Source: Podarcis melisellensis (Eukaryota). Taken from it: a stretch of 64,000 nt of DNA. The notes beneath the pieces are model-generated. The model saw nothing but the letters and a program-made list of their open reading frames with translations, did no database searches and was not told the DNA's origin. Below are positions 28,621 to 41,135 of this stretch, piece by piece. Every line of letters starts with the position of its first letter. The first letter of the stretch is position 1. The stretch lies in the NCBI GenBank assembly GCA_964234715.1, contig OZ174279.1. One strand, 5' to 3'. A program made the translations under genes and the position numbers.

Positions 28621-30230
28621 GGTTGGCCCTTCACTTCATCACATCTGGCCCTCTTTGATTAAAGTTTGGACAGCACTGGTGTATGCTGACACCAGACAAG
28701 TGGTGGAAGGAAAACCAGTCTCCCCTAAGCCACAGTTAGTTGGATGGAAGCAATGCCTCTCGGGAGTCATCCTGGTACTCTTTTGTATGTTTTACACCTC
28801 ACAAAGGGGAATGCTTTCGGCCAGGGGGTGCTAACCTGAGGCCTTGCAGATGTTGCAAGACAACAATTTGCACCATCCCTGACTAGAGAGGGGGAGAAAT
28901 TCACTTCAGTTCCCATTTAAAAGTGACATTTCCCAATTCACCCTTTCAGAAACAATGTCAGGACTGGAAGAGCAGCATCAAAATTTCAAAATTTGCATGC
29001 CTCTGAATTTTGAAATGCAGTTCTCCAGGCAAGTAACGTGTAGAAAAGTGCATATATCATGAGTGCAACATACATGAATGCATTATATTTGGGGAAATTG
29101 TTTTGGGAGTCCAGCAGCATCCAGAGAGAGGAAGGATGGTCAACTCTGCTTTACCCTCCAACATTCTGCATGAAAATAGGGACATTTGAACGGGGTGCTC
29201 CTATGTTCATGAGGAATGTTGATAGTAATTCCTGGTGGGGCAGAGACAACCAGTGGAGATGGAGGCCCTTTGGTAGCAAACCTTCTGCTCATAATGGTCA
29301 ATGAAGCACCAGAAGGAACTTGGAAGAAAAGCATTGCATTGCCCAGGAATTATCTTTGATTCATCATGACTCCCAGACAGCTTTGATGCTCCATCATCCC
29401 ATATGCAGAACCATGTCATCAAATCCATTCCACACTGTAGTACATGGCAGAGAGAAGTGGCGAAATGGTTCAACATCACTGGGCTGGTGCATTTTACACC
29501 AGGGCTACTGTTGTCCTTACTATTTTAGAAGTGTTCTAGGACATGGAAACTTGACAGATAATTGTATGGTATCACTCCATTTCTTAAACTCACAGATATA
29601 CAAACAATGCTGGCAAATATACAGATAAGCAACAGTTGTTTTATGAAACTTGAGAAAAAGAGATACGAACTTAAGTCAACTGGAACTTACTACATTTCAG
29701 GGTGGCCCAGCTTTTCATACCAAGTAGGCCACAAGAGTACGTGGACAGGGAAACCACAGGCCACATGCATGAACGGGGGGGGGGGGGGGGCGCGAGGGCA
29801 CGAGGCAAAAATATGACCCTCCCCTCCAGCCCTTGTGCTGACTTCCCAAAGCCAGGAAGGCAAGGCACCAGACTTTGGGAAGGAAGCAACAGGCTCTTGC
29901 AGGGTCCTAGAGCCTTCTACCTTATTCCCAAAACTGGGAAAGCACTAACTGGGCTTTGGGAAGGAGACGGGAGGACTCTAGGACCTTGTCAGAGCCTCAT
30001 ATCTCCTTCCTAAAACCCAGCACCTTCTTACAAGAAAGGCATCAAGGGCTGCCAAAAAGACATTGAGGGCCCATTTAAATTAATGGCCCTCAGTCGTGTT
30101 CATTAATTTCAGTGGGTCTAGTTTTAAGTAAAATCTAGTTGAATATAGCTCCAAATAGTCAACTATACTTATTTACAGAATTCAGAATGGAGCTTGTGAA
30201 CTCCGATTAATTCCTAAGAGACGGAGATCA

Positions 30231-30431
<201 letters not shown>

Positions 30432-31156
30432 CTATTTTGTAAAAAAGGGAAGGCAAATTAGAAAGTGCACCTCCAGCTGAATGCAACTGATCTCCCTATG
30501 TAGTGGAATCGACTTCAAACAAAAAGGATCACAAGCAAATGGTTTGACTTCATTATACCTTGGCTGACACTTTCAAATGTTAGTGTGGTAATTAAAAACC
30601 TAAATTGTTTCATTGCCAGGCTCTGCTGAATACTAGCAAGTCCCATCAGCCCAATCGGAGTGCTCAGGCCAAGAAAGTGATGTTTCTGGTGGTTTTAAGT
30701 GTAGGGCTTAAAAGAAACATTGATTTATAAAAATGGGATAAAATCCGGTCAAAGCGGAGCACTTTAAAGTAAAATTTATGCCCACAATAATGAAAAACTT
30801 CCTCAAATTTCTCTCACTGAATTCAATGGGACTTAAAAGTGCTTAACTCTGATGTGGACTGTTCCTATTATAAATGATGAGGCATAATTTACTCAACATC
30901 AATTATATATTTTACAGCACCACAAAAACACTGATTTTCAGGAAAGGCAGTATAAAGCACATATAAATCTTAATAGCAGTGCACAGTCTGGAGACCTAAA
31001 ATATATAACCATATATATCGCTGTGGAGTTGTATGCCTCACAGAGTAAATGAAATTACCATCAACACACACCCAGCCATGTATTACATTTCAGTGACTGG
31101 TGCATAAACCATGTGTGAGTTTTTTTGCAAATTATCTATCATCCATATTATGAAAT

Positions 31157-31460
31157 ACTACTACTACTACTACTAATATCTGTACGCTGCCCATCTGACT
31201 GGGTGGCTTCCAACATATATATATAAACATAATAAAGCATGACATGTTAAAAGACCTCCCTATATAGGGCTGCCTTCAGATGTCTTCTAAAGGTTATGTG
31301 GTTACTCATCTCCTTGACCTCTGACGGGAGGGCGTTCCACAGGGTGGGTGCCACTACCGAGAAGGCCCTCTGCCTGGTTCCCTGTAGCTTCACTTCTCGC
31401 AGTGAGGGAACTGCCAGAAGGTCCTCAGTGCTGGATCTCAATGTCCAAGCTGAATGACGG
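31157..31460 (-). mobile_element. L2-clade LINE 3' end (ORF2 C-terminus and tail)
   Basis: ORF 31247..31471 contains RAFSVVAPTLWNALP...FRRHLKAALY, typical of the L2 ORF2 C-terminus; short tandem tail (TAC)n on the plus strand. Confidence 0.8.
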
Positions 31461-31538
31461 AGGTTGGCCACACTCCTTCACAAACACATCATCTGTACAG
31501 CATGCATAAGAGCAGGAGAAGCCTCTGCTGCTACTCAC

Positions 31539-31808
31539 CTCTCCTGGATACGGTCTCTTCATGGCCTGCATAGGCAAAGACTGGGGACGCGGGCCAGGGT
31601 AGGCTTGCTGTGGCATCCTTTGCCCGTGGTTGAAGGGATTCATTCCAGGCGGCCTGGGCTGGTTCATGCCCATAGGTGGCCCACTCATACTGGAAGGCGT
31701 CATGCCCGCTCCCATATTGGCAGGGTTCATGCTGCCTGGCATGGAAGCCGGGCCACGGGGGCCAGGCTGGTTCATGAACTGGCTGTTGTAAGCCTGAGTT
31801 GGACCCAT
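31539..31808 (-). CDS. ZMIZ1: ZMIZ1 coding exon, 270 nt: [14 protein letters not shown]...KRPYPGE (an alternative upstream acceptor at 31826 adds VCSSFQ)
   Basis: Acceptor tttccag|ATG, donor GAG|gtgagt. Confidence 0.95.
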
Positions 31809-32088
31809 CTGGAAAGAGGAACAAACCTTCAACAGAAGAAGAAAAAAGAATAAAATGCGACATGCATTTAAAATGGGAGGGGGAGCCAAGTTGAAGGGAG
31901 TCGGGGATATGTCGCATTTTAAAATCAGCAAATGGGGAGGGCGGTAGCATTCCTCCGCCTCTATTTCTGCTTGCGGCAGGTGTAACTGGAATTCTAAAAG
32001 TGACTAAAAAGTATGCAAAAGTTAGTAGGTTTCTCAGAGCCATGGGAACTCCATGTTGTGGCCTGCAATATATGTTATATACTTCTAT

Positions 32089-32179
32089 TTTTTGTTCTGT
32101 GGTACTTCAAAATAAACTCATAATAAGTATATGTTGTACACTTACTATGAGTTTATTTTGAAGTACCACAGAACAAAAA
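32089..32179. repeat. Inverted repeat: 40-bp stem (1 mismatch), 11-nt loop
   Basis: TTTTTGTTCTGTGGTACTTCAAAATAAACTCATAaTAAGT ... ACTTAcTATGAGTTTATTTTGAAGTACCACAGAACAAAAA. Confidence 0.9.
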
Positions 32180-32947
32180 GTAAAGGAATGGACCACTACC
32201 TACTATAGTTGGGTTTTTCAAAAGGGATAAAGGGATAAAAAGTCATGAGGTAAGTTTTGGGAGCAGAACCTGAGACATTCTGCATGCAAACCATGTTCTC
32301 TATCACTGACCTTCCCCCATTCTTGGAGAATTGCCTCCTCTTACTTTCCTCCATTTACTCCTATGCTCTGCATCCTGTGTCATCCCATAAGAGGACCCAT
32401 ACTCTTATTCCAACAATTGTGTTGCCCAAATCTGATTGATAGTCCTCCCTCAAGTCTCTTTCCATCTCCTTCAGAACCTCTTTATGCTTTTGCCTAATAG
32501 TCCTTCTGCACCGACAGGTTTTCACAGCTCTTCTGGATGTCATTGGCTTTGCTGCTCTGATGTCACAGAGCAACTCGCCAGCTGAGTGCTTTAAAGGCTA
32601 CACAATCTAAATTTTGAGGTACATAATCAAAACTCTCTTAAACTGAATTGCTTCATCTAACCACTAACTTCCAAAGACTTCTTTGTCGGTGCGCAACACT
32701 TGAATGGTCTCCAAGAAAAGACATTGAACCCTTCTATTCATGTATGTGTTTAGAGATGAAAGGGAAGAAATGCTACTGCTTCTCTTATAGGTCAGGTGGT
32801 TGTATTTTAGAATAAAGGGCTCAGGAGCAAAGGTCTAAGACTGGCTTACAGGGTGAAATAGATCTCTAAGGTAAAGAAAACATAGCTCTGGTGCAAAACT
32901 TCAGGCCAGCCATCAAATGCATACAAGAGACGTTCTCTCTCTTGCTT

Positions 32948-33079
32948 AATCATAGAATTATAGAGTTGGAAGGGCCCCAGAGGATCATCTAGTTCAGCCC
33001 CCTGCAATGCTGGAATATGCAGGTGTCCCATACAGGGATCAAACCTGCAACCTTGGCATTTTCAGCACCATGCTCTAAT
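32948..33079 (-). mobile_element. Short tRNA-headed SINE with CR1-derived tail (Squam2-like)
   Basis: aatcatagaattatagagttggaaggg...catctagttcagccccctgc is CR1-3'-like; gggatcaaacc is a reverse B-box-like motif. Confidence 0.55.
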
Positions 33080-33690
33080 CTAGGTATGAACTTTTTATTT
33101 CTCAGGCCTCTCTTCCAGGACCCTAAATGAGTCTAACACTTAAGATACAGGTGGTGATACTTTTTTTTCCACTAGAAAGGGGAGCTTCATAGGTTTCCAA
33201 GTAAGTAAGTTCCTGGTGGTGAGCTAGAAAGCTGCAAAAAACATTGGGTTCAAAGAGTTGCTGAGCAACCAGAAGCTGGGTGTGTTAGCAGCAAAGATAG
33301 GCCAACTATAATAACCAACATATATATTCAGGAACATTTCTGCCCCTTTAATTCTTTGAGATATCTAGAGAGGGCTTTGCTTCAGACTCCTTTCTTTTAT
33401 GATGCAAAATCTTCAGAACACGGCTCTTTGGGGTAGCCTTATTTATAACTCTAGAACCAACATCCCAGAATGTTCCAATTGTGACTGACAGTATATTTAA
33501 CTTGTCAACCTTTTTTCCAGAAAGGGTGATTAATGTACCGGTATTTAAGAATTAAAGAAAACGAAGGAGCATTTCCATCCAGCAATCACCTGCTTCTTGC
33601 ATATGCAGTACATTCCAGAAAACGGGCCAAGTTTTTGTAACTTGAAGTTACCAATTATACCTAAAGCATAATAAAGGGGAAATGACTCTA

Positions 33691-33948
<258 letters not shown>

Positions 33949-35700
33949 TCAGTGTTCGAGCTTACATTTGGGACTAGAACAGACACAATACGGGGGGGGG
34001 GGGAGAGAGATGTGCAGAATGAAAGTGAGATGCTACAGATATATACCAATATTTGATCATCCCTGTACAGAGTTTAGGGAATTCTGCAACTGCAGCATAA
34101 CTCTGGATGCTTTCAAAGAGAATGGTGCCCCCCACAGAATTGAATCACTTTATACTTCTCTGCTGATTTCTTCTGCTACTTTAATTCTCACACCTCATTC
34201 TAGGTGGCAAATTCCACTCTTCTCCCCTCCCAAGAGTATCCACTGCAAACGTACTATTTACATTCATACTCAATTCCCAAACCCACCCCAGTCCCAGCTT
34301 CCTGATTGTTTTTGTTCCCTTTCATGAATTCTGTAACTCCCGTCCGCTGAGAACTTTTGCAGGGAATTGCTTTGATCCATTTGCATATTTTCTCAGAAAT
34401 GTGGTGGCTCCAGAAAAATTCACCAGGCACCCCACCAGCCACATCTCCAGGCAACCTGGAGGAAAGGAAGGGCTTCTTCCCCTCCTCAGTGGAGGCAATG
34501 ACAGCACGATGGGGCACTTGGTAGGTCTAGGTGTGCCAACATGGATTGATAACAACATCAGTCTGCATAAACATAAATCAACGAGGCGTGCCTGAATTGT
34601 TTCTGAACGATGCAGATAAATATAACCATCTCAGACCAATGTTTTGTCAGATGAATTTTCTGTGGTGACAATTCGAACACAAGCACAGTATTGTTGGGCC
34701 TCGGATTCAGTCACATTCAAAGATCATTCTCTTATGCAAAGCAGCAGTACTTGTATCCATCAATATCCTTCTCCTCCTAGCTTAGCAAAATGTTAATCAT
34801 GGCTAAACTGTGGTTTGTGTCACAATTTCAGAGTTAATTAAAACTTTATTTTAGGTGTTTATTAGAGTTAATTGATTGACCTAAGTCATTTGCAAATCAT
34901 TTCCTGCTACTGTGATTAATTTCCCTCTGAGTCTAGACAGCCTTTTTTTTTAAAGCAACTATGTAGCTTTACTAGGCATAGTTAACTGTAACCCCTTCAG
35001 ACTTTTTGCGTAAGCGGAAAAAAAAAATTGACAGCATGATTATCAATTAACCGTATATTATACTGTTAAGGCTCCAGCTCCTATGTTTATGTCACCCTCT
35101 TCTATCACTGTTTATTCCCAAGAATGCCCTAAAGCTGAGACTGTGATTTTTGTCCCCTTATTGCAAAGGTGATGAACAATAAGAAAAGTGAAATTTCAGT
35201 AAGCTAACCATCTTATAACTATATATAGTTTAGGTTCAAAGACCCCCATAACTACATAACTTTCAGTAAGACAACCATTTTATAACCATATTAAAGAAGG
35301 ACTATAATCTCTCTAGCATGTCAGATTTATGATAGTATGGGTCTCTTGGGGTCTGATCAGATTAGGAGACTGGAAGTGGCCCTCAGGTTTGCCTGTTCTT
35401 TTCCTCACCTTGGGATGATAAGTGAGCAACCAAACCAGAAATCACCAGACTTTTTATTTCCATATGCAGTCTCCATGTCCTTGTGAAACAGAATTTGATT
35501 GTTATTTCATAAGGCCAGGAAGATCCAATATTCAGATTAATGTGGTTGGTCCTCCCCACAGTGAGGAGTAGGCAAGAGAAACATGTGACTCCCAATCTCA
35601 ACATAGGCACGAATCATCAGCTGAATAGGGTAACTGCCAAGAGTTTCCTCTGTATACATCTATATGAGTATGGCATTCACTACTAAATGTGGGCTTTAAA

Positions 35701-35837
35701 CAGGGCTGGGGAAACCTGTGGCTCTCCATATTCCTGGACTACAACTCCCATCATCCCTGACAACTCTCCATGTCAGCTTGGGCTGATGGGAATCAGAGTC
35801 TCATAGTGTCTGGAGGGCCCTGGGTTCCCTATCCCTG
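35701..35837. mobile_element. URR1-like hAT MITE
   Basis: CAGGGCTGGGGAAACC...GGTTCCCTATCCCTG ends with a ggactacaactcccatc / gatgggaatc core; degenerate TSD gctttaaa/actttaag. Confidence 0.7.
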
Positions 35838-36253
35838 ACTTTAAGAATGGATCAGGCAAGTTCACAGAGAATCAATCCATTGGTGCCTATTAACTGTGAG
35901 AATTAAATGGGTCCTCCATCTACAAAGGCACTGTATCACCCAATTCTGGATGTTAGGGGAAGCAACAAGAAAAGCTCATTACCACCATGTCCTGTTTGTG
36001 CCCTTCCCAAAGGCATCCAGCTAACAATTGCTGCGAAAAGAATGCTGGGTTGGATCTAGCAGGTGAGTTTTTATTTGCATGTCTTATCGAGCAGAGCAAG
36101 CATGATATGCCTCTTAGACATGTGTATGTGGTCCATGTGTTGTATGACAAAGGACCTTGTCATTTAAGCTGCTCCTGCTTCAAATGCATCAATTCATTGC
36201 CTACTTACATGCCTGAGAAGTGCCAAGTTCTAGTCTACACAAACCAGCCTTAC

Positions 36254-36471
36254 CTTCCCCCAAAGCCTCCACTCCCTGGGTAGTTGGGCCGCCCATACAT
36301 GCCCGGTTGTATGTACGGCTGATTGGAGCCTGCCTTGGCCGAGAACTGCTGTTGTTGCCCAGCAAACTGAGGTGAATTCATGCCAGGATTGCTGGTAGTC
36401 ATCCCAGAAGCCATGGGATTTCCTCCTGGGTTCATAGGATTGTTAGCATTTGCCATAGGATTTCCCAGCAC
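36254..36471 (-). CDS. ZMIZ1: ZMIZ1 coding exon, 218 nt: [13 protein letters not shown]...GSGGFGG(S)
   Basis: Acceptor ttcaaccag|GTG, donor AG|gtaag; corresponds to ORF 36250..36471. Confidence 0.95.
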
Positions 36472-37012
36472 CTGGTTGAAAGAAGAAGAAAAAATGGAAG
36501 TGGCATCTGAACAGTTCTGACAGCTCTGATAGCAGCACTCATTCCGTTACAGGAGGTGTAACTCTGTGTCAGGTTGTATGCTTTTGTGCAGACAGTTGCA
36601 ACTTCAATCTCCGGCAGATCCAGAGAAAGGATCTTTGGAGGGACCAGGGGTGGGGGTGGGGAGCCTGATATCTTGAAACACTGCTGTGGCTAGATGGACC
36701 AATGGCCTGACTCTGTCTAAGGCACCTTCCCATATTGCTCACCCTTATTATCTCAGCTCCCTACCTATCCAGTGATCTTAGAGCATGGGCTATCTGGAGC
36801 CACGTAAGAGTCCCCAGAAGAGGGATGGCTAAATTCAGTCTTGGTGATTGCTTATTTTCTCCTCTAGAATCTCCATGGTCCACTAATGTGTTTTACATTT
36901 GCAAAGCAAGAATGCAAATTCAGGATCTCTCAAAGGTTAAATATATAATGAATTGGCATTAAGTGATCGCTGTTGCTTCAAACGTAAGGAATGTGTTACA
37001 GAATAAGATCAA

Positions 37013-37101
37013 TCTGGCGAACCAGAGCAGCAAACGGAAACGCTGTTTACCTTCCCGCCGGAGCAGTACCTATTTATCCACTTGCACTCTGACGTGCTTT
37101 C
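37013..37101 (-). mobile_element. Sauria SINE internal fragment
   Basis: gaaccagagcagcaaacggaaacgctgtttaccttcccgccggagcagtacctatttatc matches the reverse complement of the SINE core at about 2890-2960. Confidence 0.8.
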
Positions 37102-37790
37102 AGTGCAGCTTTAGTTTATTTTTAAATCCCATCAACCAGCAATTACTAGGTTATCCACTTGAGATCCCCTGGTGGACAGTAGTCTACCCTCTGCCCACAC
37201 CTGCACTGAAAGATCCTAAGGCTACAGGACTAGTTGCCTTTGAGAGCATGGGTATGCCTCATTTTGCTGCCTGGGGTGAAACGGGAAGGGGCCATCCTGC
37301 CCTGCTGCTGCCTCCCCTACTGGGGTCACACAAAGCGATGACGATGGTCATGATCTCACAGAGTACATGAGATCTCACAAGATTTTGGTGGGATACTGCT
37401 GGAAGCTGCCTCAGCTTCCCTTACGGGCAGGCAGGCCTTGTTTGAAAGCCAAATTTAGGCCCAGTAGAGATGGATGGATCTGTCAATTTCAGTTTCACAC
37501 AGTGCCAGTCACTTTGCAGTTTCCCTTTTTCTAATATATGCATCTTTGCAAGCAATTTTCCCATATAATGCATTTTCATTATGTTAAAGATGCACATCTC
37601 TGTGTGCCCGTCCTACAACGAATTGGAGCAGTGTGTCACAAGATTTGGAGAAGCAAAAATTTCATAGGATAGCTATGTTTTGTTTGGGACACGTGAACTT
37701 GGTAGGTTTAGTGCAAGCCAAACAATCCCCCCCCCCAGCCTCCTAGGGCCCCAGGAATTATTTTTTCCAGCCTCCAGCAGTTCTGCCCTA

Positions 37791-38009
<219 letters not shown>

Positions 38010-40970
38010 TCATACTTTATAATTTAAAGGAGTGCTTGGGCTGGGTGGGAAGAGCAATCTTTTAATTTTCATTCCCCAGCCAATACACTAGCTTGGTGAA
38101 CTGCCTGACAGTGATAACATTTACAAAGGTAATAGCTTCTGTTTGGTTGCAAGGAGAGCAATTGCTTTTGCATCAGCGAAGGGAAGAAATACGTTTGGCA
38201 GTGAAGCACAAATGCATATGACAATGATTATGGAGGTGAATGGCAATGAAATTAGTTGAAGCATGAAGAGTTTCACTTTTGAAACTATGCTACCTGCAGA
38301 AGAGGCAAATGGCAATAAATTTGCGAAAGTGGATTTTTAGCAACTGAAGCAACACATGAAGCAAAGTGGATGCTTGGATACATTTGCTTTGCCAATGTCA
38401 TTTATTTTTAAGCTCTTGAGCCACCGTGGCTTTAGCTCCCTTGTCCCAGCTCAATCAGGTCTAGACTCCAGCTCTTTCTTCCTGCACTGGCTCACAGCAA
38501 TCCTTTAAAGGAACGGCAATTGCTACACGAGCTAAAATTAGAATTCAGAGGGCATCCTCTCACACGTTGCATAAGCAGCACACCCAAAAACCCCTATTAA
38601 GTGTTCTATGAGAGCTACTGTGGTACACAGACTAAGAATCAGCTGTGAAACAGGAAATCTGCAATGAATTTAAAAAGTAAGGGTCTTCTCTCTTTTGGTC
38701 CATCATCCCAAATCATCAATCTGGGGATAACAACACTGACCTGCCTTACAGGGGTTGTTGTACATATGCTGAGATAAAATATATTCAAAGTACTTTGGAC
38801 ATTCGAAAAGCGCTGCATAAAAGCTTTTATTACTATAAAACCCTGATGTAATAAAATTACGTATTTTGTGACACAAGATAGCCAGGATTATCTGCCCACC
38901 CCCACAATAAAATAAACTCATGCATACAACTAAATAGATCTACCATCTTTTTCTGTGAGCTTAGGTTGATATAGACATAAAGAACATACTCTAAAAAAAT
39001 CCCCATGACCTTGCTATGTAGGTGATCAAATATGGTAGAAAACTCTACAAATGTCACAATCCATTTGCACCACAAGCAGGACCTAGATGTATGGTTGATT
39101 CCAATGCAGCTCAACAGAGCTTTCTGGAGCACCAAATCTACAGGCATGTGCACAGTCAATCTGATGGGATAATAAGGAGAACAGGAGGCCTGCACATGTC
39201 TCTCACCTCCCTCCTCTTGTATCAGGCACAAAAGAGAGTTGGATGGTGGACATAAGAAGCCCAATATTCTCCTAACATCTCATCATGCTGCCTGTTCACA
39301 CATAAATGGGAAAGGGAATCAGGGCTGTAGGATGCTATCTTGGGACCCTCCATGCACAAGTGCTGCACTTGCAGATGTGAACAGACCATGCCCGCAGGGA
39401 CTAGATCCACTTGTAAATGTGGATTTATTTACTGTATTCTCATAACCTGCAACTTACAGCTTGGTCTTTGATGTGCGTCTGCTCTGCGTTAATTGGCACA
39501 CATGCATATCATATTTTTAAACTTAAATAGGTGCAAGCCATTAACACAGGAATGTAAAGTATAAAATTTCAAGCTTTTCAATATGTATAAATTAAATAAC
39601 CTTTGAAGACAGGTATGAATGTGATGAATAAATACAGGGGTTATGGTACTGGGCAAAGTCAAGCTATCTTTTTTGTTGAAGTACGATTCTGCTAACTTTG
39701 GTTGCTATGATTTCCAGTGCTGCAACACTTGAGGCTGTTTATTACAGATAATGGAAGCACTCCTACTCAAAATGTGTGTTACATAAAGCTTGGAAATGAG
39801 AGTGTGCGTGTAATAATTAAAAACCAGCAGTTAGGTTTTCTTTGTACACGGCATGGGGATTCAAACATGCCAACAGCTCACAATCAAAATTGACCTAGCA
39901 GGTCCTACCTGTTGAAAATGAGCAATGGACAAAAATAAAAGTAACAATACAAATGGAATAAACAAACTGGATCTGAAACATCTTCTTAACCATGATACAT
40001 AATTAAGAATGCAAATGTTTATTTTGAGGGCATCCCTTTGAAATGGATATTGTGCATGACTGGAGGGGATGCAATGGGAACAGAAACACAATTTAAAGGA
40101 TGTTCAGCTTCCTCCAAAACTTAAAAACAGGCTGACTTCTCAAGAGTAACAATGGGGGAAGTTTTAACATTAACTTTCATTTGGAGCACAATGCTATTGT
40201 GGATAATTTTCTAACCTAAATAAGCATTAATACACTGGCTTTCAACTTGTGTAACCTGAAGTGGATTGTACCAATGGCATCATCACAATCCTCTCTCTCT
40301 CTCTCTCTTTTTAAGAAAAAGGAAAGAAAGAGAAAACATAAATGTGGACTCCATGTTACAGATTGGGGCTTGAGATGAACAGAAAGGTTGAAGACAACCA
40401 CTTTAATGCAACCTGAGACTTATAATAATAGGTGTTGCTATGATGAAGCTGTAACAGGAGACACCAAGGACTGAAAATAATCTGTTAGTCCGTCAACACT
40501 TTTATTTAGACCCTCGTTCTCAGACTAATTTTTACCTAGGGAATACTGCACACAACATGGAAATAGGTTGCACTGTGAATACTGAAACTTGCTACCTAGT
40601 AAAAGCTATCAAGTAAATGTGCCAAGAATCAGGATACTAGTTTTTGTACCACAGTGTGATTTTATGAAAACATTGTAGCAAAATCCTTCCATCAATAGCA
40701 CAGTAAAGCACTAAAATCAAACAATTAAAGAAACTGCAAGATCAAGAACAAAGTATTTGCTTGCAGTCAGCTGGGACAATAGTTTTCCTCATCGTCTGGG
40801 ACCATACGGTACAGCCAATTCACTTTTCAGCCTCCTAGCTGCTTCTCTACTGAAGGGGTGTCTTGGAAGAGGGAATCCTTTCCTTGCCAACTACTTCCCC
40901 ACTGCAATTCTCCCTGCTATTTTTTTCTCAGCTGGAGTGTCAGCATCATGTTTCAGTCATGTGTCTAGAA

Positions 40971-41135
40971 CAGTGGTTTCCAATTAGCTAAGTTCTGTGC
41001 CCCCCCCCCATTTTTCAGAAGCCAAGCCATGGAACCCCTACTTTTGCAAATTTTGATACCTCTGTAGTAGGTTTCGTCATGTGAATGGTGCCACGGACCC
41101 CCTGCAGTCTGCGGACCATCAATTGGGAACCACTG
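40971..41135. mobile_element. 165-bp hAT-Charlie-type MITE
   Basis: TIRs CAGTGGTTTCCAATT / AATTGGGAACCACTG; perfect TSD GTCTAGAA at 40963-40970 and 41136-41143. Confidence 0.88.
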
